64,000 nucleotides of DNA from Zootoca vivipara (Eukaryota). The notes beneath the pieces were generated by a model. The model saw nothing but the letters and a program-made list of their open reading frames with translations, searched no databases and was not told the origin of the DNA. This document shows positions 49,701 to 61,106 of the stretch, piece after piece (position 1 is the stretch's first letter; every line of letters begins with the position of its first letter). The translations under genes were made by a program, and so were the position numbers. The stretch lies in contig NC_083292.1 of the NCBI RefSeq assembly GCF_963506605.1, positions 39,742,001-39,806,000 on the forward strand. Direction: 5' to 3'.

Positions 49701-52258
49701 CCAGCCTTCATTACTTGCAGACGATGTTCTATTTATTTTTATGTATTTCTTTCACAGGGTTTCCATACCGCCTAATGACCTCTGAGCTGTTTTTCATAAA
49801 AATGCCAATAAAAGCAAATGTTAAAAAACAAGCCATTTGACACACATGGCTTCTCCCTTGCAGAAGAGTTGTGAGAACTGTAGTTTGCCCTTCACAGAGC
49901 AATGCTTCCCACCATCCTTAACATACTGGCCGGTGAGCACTCCAGTTGGAGAACAGCCTTTACCAAAGGTGTCATGGGCTTGGAAGAAACTCCATCTCAG
50001 GACGCAAGGGAGAAATGTGCTAAGAGGAAGGCACGCTTGGCAAATCCACACCGTGATCAACTCCCACCTGGAAACCAATGTCCCCATTGTGGAAGGACGT
50101 GTGGATCCAGAATTGGCCTCCACAGTCACTTACGGACCCATTGTTAAAATCGTTTTTATGGAAGACAATCTTACTCGGCTACGAGGGATCGCCGAAGAAG
50201 AAGGAGGAGGAGGAGGAGGAGGAGGAGGAGGAGGAGAACATACTACAGCTCCCAGAACACTTTGGGGGAAGTCACATGCTTTAAACGCATGGTTTGTAAG
50301 CTGCCCCTGGTTGATCCAAAATTAACCAAAATGTAAGTAAAAACCAGGAGTTTTGAGACATATACAAAGGGATGGAAGGGAGATAGAGAGAGTTTCTTAC
50401 GGGGCAGCCAGCTGTTTTCCGTCTTCAGCCCCTTTTTCTTCCCATAACTTCTCTGGATGCTGCTTTTCGCGCCAGACAATGCAGAATAAAGGGTGTCTTC
50501 TGAAATTGGAACATGCCGGGGAAGAAAAAAATGTGAGTCGCCCATTGCAAACTTCGAAATTATGAGAGCCGAAACATGCACTGCCTTCTTCCTGACTCCT
50601 GATGCTTGTGATCACACTTATAAACTTACATATTTCTTCCACCATGAGGACTAGAATTTTATATCAGTGCAATTGACTCCATAAAGAATTAGTGGGACGG
50701 ACAGGAGCCCTTTGTACAGTGCCGGATTTACGTATAAGCTAAACAAGCTGTAGCTTAGGGCCCCACTCTCTTGGGGCCCCCCAAAAAATTTAAAGGAAAA
50801 AAACACCTGGATGTACATTTCCAAACTATAAGATAAAAAGCAAATAAAATAAAACCTGCATACAGCAACCGTGTTTTGTGTTGTGTAGGCTCCTATGATG
50901 TAAGTCATGGGCCACGCCTGCTTGCCTGTTCCCTCAAATATCACTGGTTTGCTCCTTTCTATATATAGGGTGCCTACATTCTGCATGGACTGGTTGCAGG
51001 GCAACATGTGCAAATGGCTTGAGGTACCTATTAGGTCCATCAATTACCTTATAGCATATATTCAACACAAAAAACAGCGACAATTTGTTGTTGGCAAAGG
51101 ACAGCTGGACATAGAAAGGGCCCCATTACCTCCAGTAGCTTAGGGCCTCATCAAACCTAAATCCGGCCCTGCCTTTCTGAACCCAGGACCACCCAAGACA
51201 TTTTGCCGCTTGAGGCAAAGCAGAAAATTCGAAACCCAAAATCTGAGCAGAACAAAACCAGCCAGGGAGATCCCTCTGCCCCTTTCCTTACTCCATACCT
51301 ACAGTGATGACCACGGCGTTTTGGGATGGTGATGCCGGAGAGATGTTTTCTCCTGAGGCGGTGATATTCCGGCCTTGCTTGTCCGTTTGGAAGGTCGTGG
51401 TGTTCACCTTGGAGTAAAGAGACAAAAAAGAAAAATGAATGCATTTTGATATATCAACTGAACTTGTGGTCTCTCGATTCTCATGTGACTTCCTGCCACA
51501 TTTTTTAAAAATTCTTTTTACAGATAATTTCACTGCTTTATTCTTTTGTAAACTGCTCTGAGGGTAGGTTTTCCCACCCCCAATCAAACAATATATAATT
51601 TTAATGAAATGAAAATAGGTAAAACACCTGCAGATTCCATCCACCACTCTGATATTTCTCAAGCTCACCAGAAACCAGCACTTGGGAGAAGCCGCGTTGG
51701 TTCCGCAGACCATCATTTTGTTGTCCAGCTTCTCGATCACTTGGATGAAATTATCGCAGTCCTCCTATGCGGAAAGGTGATGGAGAGGGGAGAGGAAAAA
51801 CACAGAAGCATATTTGTTTATTTTAAAATTCATGACCCACACTTCCATGGCATCCTTCAAGATGGTTTCAATAAAACCGATCCATTGATAGTTGTAAAAC
51901 ATAAAACATCAAGAAAGCAGCAACGTATATTTGTTAGAGCAGGGGACAGCTCTACTCTGTCAAAAGGTGATCTGTGCTCCTCTGTGAATTTAAAAATTGC
52001 CGCTGTTTCTCTTGGAGGGAAGTTGTAGGGAAATACCTTTGTTCCTCAAGCCCCCCCCCCTGCCATTGATAACCTCATGCAGCTGGAAAACATGACTTTG
52101 CATTTTGCACACACACACACTTGAAATATTTACATTTAACATTTTCAGTGCAATAAATGCATTTAAAAACAAAACAAAAAACCCACTCATTTAATGCATA
52201 ACAGTTCAAACTTACTACTAGGAAATAGGGAAGGGGGATACAGAAAACAGAGAAATAA

Positions 52259-52300
<42 letters not shown>

Positions 52301-55300
52301 CAAATAATATAGTACTGTACTACGGAGCATGAGTTGATTAACCATGCCCTCCTTGTCACTAGGGGGTGCCAACTATTTAATTTAATGCAACCTTTCTAGC
52401 CCTAAGGGTTGGGTGGGTTATATCGTAAAATGCATATGCGCACACCCATCCCAAAACAGGCGCCCAGAGTGGCTGTGGAGGTCCTGATCCCAGGAGATTT
52501 ACACAATGGTCTGTGCTTGCTGTTGACTTAACGTCTGTGAAGGGTCCTCAACAAAGCTGGAGGCCGGGAGTTCTGCCAGGGTGGCACCTAAAAGATGCAT
52601 TGCGCAGACTGAGACCTGGGTCAGCGGTAGCTTGATAGGGCCAGCTGGGATCCTATTGGCTCCTTGTGTCATCATGTGATCCCTGCTGGCGCTGCAGTAC
52701 CCCCTCCAGCCACTGATGGCGCTGCAGCACAAGTGGGGCAGGAAGTTGAGACCCCCCCATAGTCCAGCCTCACTTAGGAAACATTTTGTAGACCACTGAT
52801 CCAGGTCCACACAACTCCCTCCTTCCTCCTTACCCATGCTGCTCTGGGCTTGCTTTTACAGTCCTTTTCCGCTTTCTCATCAGCCTTCAGGGGGACCTGG
52901 AGCAAGGAGAGAGACCCTGGTGAGGAAACTGGGGGGCGCCAACCCTATGCCCCCACAAAAATTGGAAGGCTATTTCGCCCCGTGCTGGTCCCGAGATGCA
53001 GCTCAAGAGAAAGAGGACAGCAGGATAGGAACCCAGCAATTTGCCTTCTACTGAGTCGGAAGTTTTGTTTACAAAGACTGGGAGCATCTCTCCAGGGTTT
53101 CGGAAAAGGGAGATTCCCAACCCTGCCTGGGGAAGCCAGGGATTGAACCTGCGACGTTCTGCAACCAAAGCAAGTGCTCTACAGCTGAGCTACATCCCTT
53201 CCCTGGTTGTTCGTTCCAGCACAACGGACACCTCCTAGGGAGAAACTTGCTCCAGCAATGGTCAAAAGTAACCTAAGCCCAAACCTAAGGCCAATGGCCC
53301 ATCTAGTCCAGCATCCTGTTCTCACAGTGGCCAGCCAGCTGCCCCAAGGGAAACCCAGAAGCAGGATTTGAGCCCAAGAGTAACTGTTCCCTAGCTGTGG
53401 CAGCTGGGATTCAGAAGCATCGCTGCGTCCAGCTGTGGAGACAGAGCACAGCGGTCAGGCCTAGTAGCCACCAATGGGCCTCTCCTCCACGGATTTGTGT
53501 AACCCTCTTTTAAAACCATTCAGATTGCTGGCAATCCGTTCCTCCTGTGGAAGCGAGTCCCACAGATTAACTGTGCAACGTCAAGCTCTGTACCTCTTTC
53601 GGAGTGACTTCAGAGTCCGTAAACGTCAAGAGCAACAGCCTCCCCCGGCCTCCGACGAGGACCTGGTTGGAGCCGGGCTCGTGGAACATGGCTGCCGGTC
53701 TCTCACGTTCACCGAAATTGAACCTCTGAGCATCTGAAAGGAGAGGGGATCATATTGGTCATTGTCACCCGCCCACCAACCTCCATATCTAAAATATTTA
53801 ACAGAATAGCATGAACTAGACCAGCAAATCAACTAGACCAGCAAATCAACATAGAATTCATTCACCATCCTATTCTCAGCTACGTCAACAGTAGACTAGC
53901 ATTTGGATCAAGGGATATCATAGTACTGCTCTGTTCTGCCTTGGTTAGACCCCACCTGGAACACTGTGTCCAGTTCTGGGCACCACAGTTTAAGGAGGAT
54001 ATTGACAAGGTGGAACCTGTACAGAGGAGAGCCTGGAAACCAAGCCTTATGAGGAGTGGTTGAAGGAGCCCAGATAAGAGAAGACTGACAGGAGATATGA
54101 TAGCCATCTTCAAATATCTCAAAAGCTGTCTCATGGAGGTTGGAGCCAGTTTGTTTCCTCCTGTTCCAGATTTTAGGACCTAAACCAACAGCTTAAAGTT
54201 ACAAGAAAGGAGATTCCAACTAAAAATCTGTCAATAAGAACTGTTTGACAGTGGAACGAACTCCCTCAGAAGGTGGTGGACTCTCCTTGCATGGTGGTTT
54301 TTAAGTAGAGGTTGGATGGCCATCTGTCATGGATGCTTTAGTTGAGATTCCCGCATTAGAGGGGTCCCTTCCAATTCTACAATTCTATGATCACCATCGA
54401 CTTTAAAATCGCCTTCTAAACCACCGCCCCAAGGTGATTTGCGCAAATGGTAACTAAAAACAACCAATACATTTGCAACAGGGCTAAAACCCTAACAAGA
54501 CCCATTTGTCCAGCTAGGAAAGTCCGTTGGAACCAAATTGCCTTCAGATGTTTCCAGAAAGTGCAGATCTAGTGGGCCGCTGTCCTGCCTCGACAGGAAT
54601 GCTATTCCGCAGATCAGGGGCAGCTACAATGAAGGCCCTGCTCAGAGTTACTACTGAGCAGGCTTCTGAGATCTTTGCGACTTGCAGGAGAGACTCTCCC
54701 ACGAACCTCAGCGATCTGCTGGGCGTGCAAGGGATACAGTGGTCTTTTGAAATGTTAACATCCTGTCCCCACCAGCATGGGGGTTTGGAGCCTGAATGAA
54801 TCTGGTCTCCTTGGAGGAAGGAGGCGCGCATGTAGAGGAGCTGTTTGGTTGCACAGAGCGAAGATTTGCATTTGTTGCTCCGCCCCCTCTGTGCTGCCAC
54901 TCGGCACATGGACCCCCAGACAGGCTGCCCGGAAGGGAATGCGGCCCTCAGACTGGAAAAAAGATTCTGCTTTCTCTCTTCAGAGAGAGAAAACGGGAAC
55001 TGGCTTCCACTTAAGCGCACGTACAATGGAACGAGCTCCATTCTGCTGCCTCATCTGTCCAGGGAGCTCCTCTTCCAGGGCAGCGATATTAATGTGGGTT
55101 AATGCATAATACATAGGCTTAAAAAGTAAAATCAGGCGGAGAAAGGGCAGAGGAGAACACTGAACAGTGGGTGGCGCCACAGAAACCAAGAGCGGCAGTG
55201 GGCTCTTTACAAAAATATACAATTAAAAATAAACCCATCCTGTTTCAATTACACCCCATGAGCAGGGCTGGAGAAGGGGACCTAGAGGGCCACCCTTGGC

Positions 55301-58300
55301 CCTGAGCCTGAGATTCCCCAACACGGATTGATCTCACTGTATATCCATCCATCTATGGAGACTTGTTCCCCTTGGGACAGGTTGGGCAGAAGGCAAGGAG
55401 CCCGGCAGTAGGTGGCGCCAGAGAGCCAATGGCAGGCAGGAACCCACTAATTCCAGTTTTGCATCTCTTCTCCTCCTCCTAAAAAGTGTAAAGCTGGGGG
55501 AGAGGAGGAGGAAGCCCCCTGATGGTTCCCCCCCTCTATGACTGGTTGTGAGCAGGCCGGCCAGTGGGGAGTGGCCTGAGGGCAGAGTGAGGCCGGTGGG
55601 GTGCTACGCCATTCACCCGGATGGACCAGCCTCTCCACTGACATACCCAGAACATCCATACCCAGAACATCCCTAGCAAACTGCCCTGCTCAACGGGTTC
55701 CCAAAGTGAGTGGTAGCGCCCCCTGGAGGGTGGTGAATTTACCTAGGGGGTGCTAAGAGGCGGGGGGGCACTGGGGGTGTAAATGACCACCGGACTCTGA
55801 AAAGCTGGCATCACCAGAACACGTTCATTGAATTAATTAATCAGAACAGTTTTGATTACATTTGCAATTAATCGTTACTGTTTCGAATGTGATTGTGTTA
55901 TTGCCGTGCAAACAGCTATTCTGAATAGTGCTTTTTTTAAATAAGGGAAGGGACACTAGGGGTGGGTTTATGGAAAAAAGGTTTGGGGACCACCGATTCC
56001 TGCAATGCCGTGGGCTGGACTAGATCCCTATGGATCCCTTCCAGCTCTGCGATTCTATAATCCTGTGCTTCAGACCTCCCTAGCCCCTTTGCCCTGTGCT
56101 AACATTGCAGCGGGGTTTGAGGAGCGGGGCGAGCATTTAAGGGGAAATTCCTCCAAGGTCACTCTTGGCTGGAAACTGTCCGTCATCCACAAATGGAGGC
56201 ACTGAACGGGGAAGCCGGAATGAACGGGCATTCAAAGGGCAGGAAACCAAAGTATCCCACTTGGTCCCTGAGAGACACGCACACACTCTCTCTCTCCTTG
56301 CAGAAATGCTGGTCCAACCCACAGCCTGCCTGTCCCCTCTGGGGGGCTTTTCTAACAAATGTAGGAGCGTGCAATTTGGGTCTGCGAGGGCGAGCCCTGC
56401 GGGTGGTAAACGCGTATCGGAGGATGAATCTGGGGCGTTGTTTTGCGTTCCCTGCTTCCCCTCCTCTCGGAGCTCGCATCTGTTTTTATCCGCACTGCAG
56501 AGTGCCAAGTCTAGCCTGACCCAGTCTATAAAATCTCCTCCTCCTCCTCTGTTTCTCTGCAAAAGAAACCTCCTGTTTTTGGAAGAGAGCGGCTGCCTTG
56601 CTGGCACCGAGCCAGGCCCTGCAATCTCAGGTGTGGCACCACTGCCTCTGGTGCCAAGGGGGGGGGGGAGAGATGCCCAGGTCTCAGGTATGCCTGAAAG
56701 CAGCACATTCTGGTCTGGGAAACCTTGGAGTGTGCAGGGATCTCCTAGGGAGGTGCAGAGTGCATCTCCTACCTTCTTCAAAGCATTGATCTAGAAAAAC
56801 CTGATGTGCAGAGATTCTCTGAGGACGTGCAGAGTGTATCTTTCTGCAGTAAAGGGAACCTGCCTGCCCTCCTTAAAGGCCATTTATTCCTACTTACTAG
56901 ACATTGCTCAGATCCCAGGGGGCAGGACCGGGGGGGGGGGAGAAGGGTCTAGACCCCAGTAGTGCCAGTTCCTAGATGGCTATGGAATTTGGAGGCATGA
57001 TTTGGCAAAAGCCAGGAAAGCTGGGGGAGAGGGGCAGCATAGGGGTTTTTAATGGCTGTTAGCAATGAAGACCCCCACAGAGCCTCCAGATGTAGAGGCA
57101 GTCTAACTGTAGCAATGCGGCAGGAGAAGGCTGTTGCCATTGTGGCCTAATGGAGGGCTTCACAGGAGCGTCTGATCGGGGAACTGGTCTAGGTCAGGCC
57201 CCCTCAGATGGACCCCCCCAGAGGGTTCTTCCTGCTAGCCGTGGTCATTTAGAATGGAACCCCCATTACAAAGGCAGTCTACCCCTCTTCATTAGGGGAC
57301 AGGGAGAGCCTCACCGTGCAGTATAAAGGAAGAGAGCTGAATTTCAGACCTCATGTGTGGGTTTCCCTTGGTCTGACAAATCAGGACTGTCCTTATGTCC
57401 CCAACCCCCCCCCCCCAAAAGACCCTGTGTGGTGCAGTCGCTAGAGGGTCAGACTAGGACCTGGGAGAGTCCAGGGTTCAAATCCCCGCTCGTCCACGAA
57501 GCCCACTGGCAGTGACCTTGGGGGCCAGTCGCTGCCTCTCAGCCTAACCTACCTCGCAGGGCTGTTGTGGGGATTAAATGAGGAGGAGAACCACGTGCGC
57601 CGCTTTGAGCTCCGTAGAGAAAAAGGTGGAACATAAATGCAATAACAAGAAATAAATAAAAGCCAAAGCATTCGACCACTGTTCGTGCATTCGAGGCCTT
57701 AGCCCCAGAGTAAAACAACAACAACAACAACAACAACAACACACACACACACACAACCCAACCTAGCCTGAGTGAAAACGAGAAAGAGCCCTTTTGGGCA
57801 GGCCCAACGTCCAGCCTCCTGTTCTTACAGCAGCCAAATGCCCCTGGTTACGAAGAAGTCCAGATAGAACTATAGGCTTTTCCTCCATGAATTTGCCTCG
57901 TCCCTCTATTAAAGGCCCCCAGGGTTGGGTGGCTGCCACTGGCCCATTTGCTAAGCCAATTCATTCGCTGCCGAAATGGCCTATTTAGTGGCACGAGGCC
58001 CTCAGGAAGCTTGCCTTATGCCCTTGGTCTATCTAGCTCAGCATTGTCCACACTGACTGGTAGCGCCTCTCCAGGGTTTCAGACGGAGGATATCTCCCAG
58101 GAATTGAACCCGGGGCCGTCTGCAAGTGAAGCAGATCGCTCTAGCCGCTGACCTGGGCTGCTTCATTCCCCTAAAAAAGCAACCAAGGTCCTAGTCCTCA
58201 TGCTTGTTTAAAGAGGAACTCAGAAAGCTGTCTTATGCAAGCCAGTATTGCCTGCACTGACTGGCAGCAGCTCTTTGGGTTTTCAGAGGGAGAGGGGCAG

Positions 58301-61106
58301 AGATGGGGCCAAGCAGATGTTCTGCCCCAGAGCTGCTGGTCTCCCAACATCAAGATGGAAACCTCTCCAAATCATACATCTGTGAATCACAAGGGTGAGA
58401 TAAGCCAAGAGGTCTTTCCCCATCCACCCCAGATGTCTATGGGTCCAGGAAAAATTGTGGGGGTCTTGGATTAGGGGTGGAGGAAACCCACCTCCTACCA
58501 GATCAGACTATTTGTCTGTCTGGAGCAGGTTTGTCCGCTCTGAGTGACAGCATCTTTCCAGGATCTGAGGCAGGGGGAAAACAAAACCCACTTTCATCTG
58601 CTAACCTGATTTTTTTTTAAAAAACTGGAGATCCCGGGGATTGAACCTGCAGATGCTCTACCCCTGAACTACGGTTTCCCCAGCAAGTTCTCCTGAATCA
58701 TTCAACGGAACTGGAAGTCGGTCTCACGATGACACAGCCCTCTCCTTTCTCTGAAATGAAAGAGACTCCTGCCTCTGAAGTTTAAATGATTTTCATTGTG
58801 AACATGGATGTTTTCATAACTATAAAATGCACAGTACATTAGGAAGGTATATGTATCTTGAAAAGCAACAATGACATTTCATAAACAAACAATTAGGCTT
58901 CGGACGTTCCCTATATTTAGAGCCCAGTGCTGGCAACTGTAGTTTAAGGGTGCAGGGAATTGCAGTTTGGTGAGCGATCAACTACAGTTCCCAGGATTCT
59001 CGAGTGGTGGGAAGTCATGTGATTTAAATTTAGGGTGTGGAGGTAGACTTAGTCCCTGCTGTACGCAATGGTGATGCTTAATCCTAGGATCACTCGGAGA
59101 AGCTTGCAAACAAGTTTGGTCCCCAATTGTTTGTCCTGCAGCATCCCTGATTGCCTATCACCACCAATTTACAGAGTTCAAAGCACTCATCACTATCACT
59201 ACGATGCCTGGTGTTCAGACTCCTTTAGACTTTTGCCACTGAGCTCATGGCTCAGCACAGGATCAGAGGAAGCGGCCTTACACCAGACAGAGCTTTACTT
59301 CATCTAACTCAGAAGTGCCTACACTGACTGGCAGCAGCTCTCCAGGGTTTCAGGTTGGGGTGGGGGTGGGATCTTTCCAAGCCCTACCGAGAGATGCCAC
59401 GGCTTGAACCTGGGACCTTCTGTAAGCCAGGCAGATGCCCTGCCACTGAGCGATCTGCCTTCCCTGCTCCGGACTAGTAAGGACCACACCTGAAAACTGG
59501 AAAAGTGATTTAAGGAAGGCGTTCATTCCAAATCTTTCAACCAACCCTAGATCTGTTTTTTAAAAACCAAAAACCTGTCTTCGTCTTATGTAATATTCCT
59601 AGCCTGTTAGGCCTCCCTCTCTGTGCTGCTTTGGAAACCCAGGATTCTAGCTGCTCAGATAGACTGTGCCTGCTCAAGAAGCTCTGGTGCAAATCGATTA
59701 AAAAAACCCCACCCTTCACTGCTGTCTAGTGACACACGCACATCGCCCGCATTTCATCTCTGCTCTGGCAGCAGGATGATCTGCCTGGATGTCAGATCTG
59801 CCCCCCTCCCCAGACAGCTGCATCACACGGCAAGCAAGATTTGGCTCCAGCAAGAAAGATGGGCACCGCTGGGTCTGGCAAAACAAAACGTCTTGACCCA
59901 GGGAGTGGGCAGATGGCATTATAATTGCCTTGGAAGGAGTGCGCTTGGAATGCACTTTGCTGTGCCAGGCTGTAGCCACCAAAAGGAGGTCAACAACAAC
60001 AACAACAACAACAACAACTGCCTTTGCTGCCCCATCCTGTGACCTGACTGCTTTCCTTGGAAGTTGCAGTCTGGCTTCGTCCAAAACAGACTTTTGTCTG
60101 GAGTGATCTGGCAACGGGGCAGGGGGGTATTGAAGTTCTGAGTTGGCTCATTGGCAGAACACCTGCCTTCCTTGCAGGCAGAAGGCCCCGGGTTCAATCC
60201 CCAGAGGCAGGGCTGGGAAAGACTTCTGGTCTGGAACCCGGGAGAGCAGCTGCCAGTCAGTGTTGGCAATGCTGAGCTCGAGAGACCAAAGAGCCTGACT
60301 CGGTAAAAGGCAGCTTCTCATGTGTTGCCTTTGGCGCTAGGCATCCTCAGAGCGGACCCAATGAAACCAATCCTTTCAATGGGTCTACTCTGAGTAGATT
60401 GGGCTGCCCATCCTGCCCACAAGTGAAATCCTTCACTATCAAGAGATGAAAACAAGTGACTGAGCCAGACCCGCTCCTCCCTGATCCTCTCCAAAATGTG
60501 CTTAATGATAAACAGGTTTCCGTGGCAACTGCCTCCTCCTCCTCCTCCAACATGCCTCTGTGCAAAAGGAATGCATAACAGCTTAGGTTATATAGATCTG
60601 TTTTTCTACCGAGTATCTCAAAGACAGGTTGGGGGGACGGGACCCACTAATGGACCCTGACCATGAAAGGATCAGCAGACCCCCAATTTTCAGGCTGGTG
60701 GGGTGAGACCCTCCAGCCTCCCCAACAAATGCAGAGCGGCCACCTAGGATGTCCTAAACTCCTCTCTGCAAATCTGCAAATAGTTTCTCGTGCAGAAAGC
60801 TGAACAGAAGCAATTCTAACCTGTTCCTATTTCCAATCTCCCGCAACTACCATGCATTCAATAAATTTAAAAGCTATCATATATACACCCCCCCCTTTTT
60901 TGAGGGGAGGGAGTGTTTCTGGTTAGGTCATCTAAGATGAATGCAAAATCGGCTTTTTTTTAAAAAAAAGAAATTACAAGCACTATTATAATAAAAAACA
61001 GTCCTTTCACAACCAGCTCACCTTGCAGATTGAGCTTCAGCCTGGGCACCTTTTGGGAGGAGGCGAGGCAGAGGATGGAGAGCAGGTAAAAACGGAGGCC
61101 TCTCAT
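37729..61106 (-). CDS. Class-7 (semaphorin-7A-like) semaphorin: signal peptide, Sema, PSI, Ig-like domain, GPI-type tail; about 635 aa
   Basis: 14 exons: 61106-61022, 53733-53594, 52896-52834, 51764-51669, 51407-51299, 50499-50401, 48774-48635, 47884-47706, 46370-46262, 46143-45939, 40361-40246, 39966-39794, 39176-39121, 38066-37729. All GT-AG, phase-consistent, 1908 nt with no internal stop. Motifs: FHEPGS..V.VGGRG, DCDNFI, VCGTNA.SPKCW, DQGG...WSTFLKARLVC, SAVCSYS, PRPGMC, CILARDPYCGWD, YLPCPLRSHHAIYTW. Ends in a hydrophobic tail with no cytoplasmic part. Confidence 0.9.
40833..44016 (+). mobile_element. RTE-BovB LINE, near full length, antisense within semaphorin intron 10
   Basis: 931-aa ORF with APE endonuclease (GISELKW, QVYAPT, GDWNA, QIDY, SDH) and RT (KAFD, GVRQG, YADD); ends VTKSRTRLND followed by a (CAA)n tail. 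Confidence 0.96.
41213..44008 (+). CDS. BovB endonuclease/reverse transcriptase ORF (N-terminal part cut off by an in-frame TGA at 41165-41167)
   Basis: ORF-track protein of 931 aa with intact APE and RT motifs; same frame as upstream ORF 40907-41167. Confidence 0.85.
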   Translation: MSGGKLDVVKNEMTRINIDILGISELKWKGMGEFSSDDYHIYYCGQESCSRNGVALIVNKRVAKAVMGCNLKNDRMISIRIQGRPFNITVIQVYAPTTGAEENEIDQFYEDLQHLLEMTPKKDVLLITGDWNAKVGNQEIKGTTGKFGLGVQNEAGQRLIEFCQENKLVITNTLFQQHKRRLYTWISPNGQHRNQIDYILCSQRWRSSIQSAKTRPGADCNSDHQLLIAKFQLKLKKVGKTTGPVRYNLNQIPYEYTVEVRNRFKDLDLVDRVPEELWMEARNIIQEAAMKTIPRKRKCKKAKWLSNEALQIAEERRQAKCKGDRERYRKLNADFQKTARRDKRVFLNEQCKEIEENNRMGKTRDLFKKIGDMKGTFRTKITIIKDKSGKDLTEAEDIKKRWQEYTEELYQKDMEVSYTSGSVVAGLEPDILESEVKWALESIANNKASGSDDIPAELFKILKDDAVKVLHPICQQVWKTQQWPEDWRRSVYIPIPKKGSAKECSNYRTIALISHASKVMLKILQGRLRQYVDRELPEVQAGFRRGRGTRDQIANMRWIMEKAREFQKNVYFCFIDYAKAFDCVDHSKLWQVLKEMGVPDHLICLLRNLYVGQEATVRTGYGTTDWFKIGKGVRQGCILSPCLFNLYAEFIMRKAGLDESQAGIKIAGRNINNLRYADDTTLMAESEEELKNLLMRVKEESAKYGLKLNIKKTKIMATGPITSWQIEGEEMEAVRDFTFLGSLITADGDSSHEIKRRLLLGRKAMTNLDSILKSRDITLPTKVRIVKAMVFPVVMYGSESWTIKKADRRRIDAFELWCWRRLLRVPWTARRSNLSILKEIRPECSLEGQIVKLRLQYFGHLMRREESLEKTLMLGKIEGTRRRGRQRTRWLDSVLEATNMSLTKLREAVRDRSAWRAMVHGVTKSRTRLND
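44017..45220 (-). mobile_element. L1-type LINE ORF2 C-terminal fragment with frameshifts
   Basis: ORFs 44974-45216, 44503-44961 and 44025-44513 (MYFRWYLTPVK...CWRC...FIHMWWMC); same domain as 6143-6862. Confidence 0.85.
49018..49261. mobile_element. Tc1/mariner-type MITE
   Basis: TA-CAGCAGTACCTTGGTTTGCAA ... TTGTAAACCAAGGTACCACTG-TA. Confidence 0.8.
49925..50237 (+). mobile_element. 3' end of an RTE-clade LINE with a C-terminal C2H2 finger and (GAA)/(GAG)n tail
   Basis: CPHCGRTCGSRIGLHSHLRTHC*, a short UTR, then a purine triplet tail at 50194-50237. Confidence 0.7.
50717..51171. mobile_element. Non-autonomous DNA transposon (hAT-like); partial second copy at about 62038-62147
   Basis: TIRs CAGTGCCGGATTTA / TAAATCCGGCCCTG; TSD-like CCTTTGTA/CCTTTCTG. 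Confidence 0.75.
52261..52299. repeat. (GT)n microsatellite
   Basis: About 19 perfect GT units. Confidence 0.95.
53885..54390 (+). mobile_element. CR1-type LINE 3' fragment
   Basis: Degenerate ALVRPHLEHCVQFWAPQF, GDMIAIFKYLK and 3' end TTCCAATTCTACAATTCTATGA. Confidence 0.8.
57713..57754. repeat. Compound (AAC)n(AC)n microsatellite
   Basis: Seen directly. Confidence 0.9.
60142..60320 (+). mobile_element. tRNA-derived squamate SINE; representative of many degenerate copies (e.g. about 4005-4150, 4160-4360, 8650-8820, 40405-40530, 59270-59460)
   Basis: A/B-box-like head (GGCTCA...GGCAGA...GGTTCAATCCCC) and shared body GCTGCCAGTCAGTGT...CTGAGCT...GGCAGCTT. Confidence 0.6.

Noticed and set aside
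52037-52082. Candidate semaphorin exon LHEVINGRGGGLRNK with AG/GT ends
   Set aside because: 46 nt breaks the phase between phase-0 neighbours; 52896-52834 fits in phase and supplies the expected Cys.
56137-56794. Paired ORFs of 214 aa (-) and 209 aa (+) in semaphorin intron 1
   Set aside because: No recognisable motifs or splice context; likely chance ORFs in GC-rich intron.
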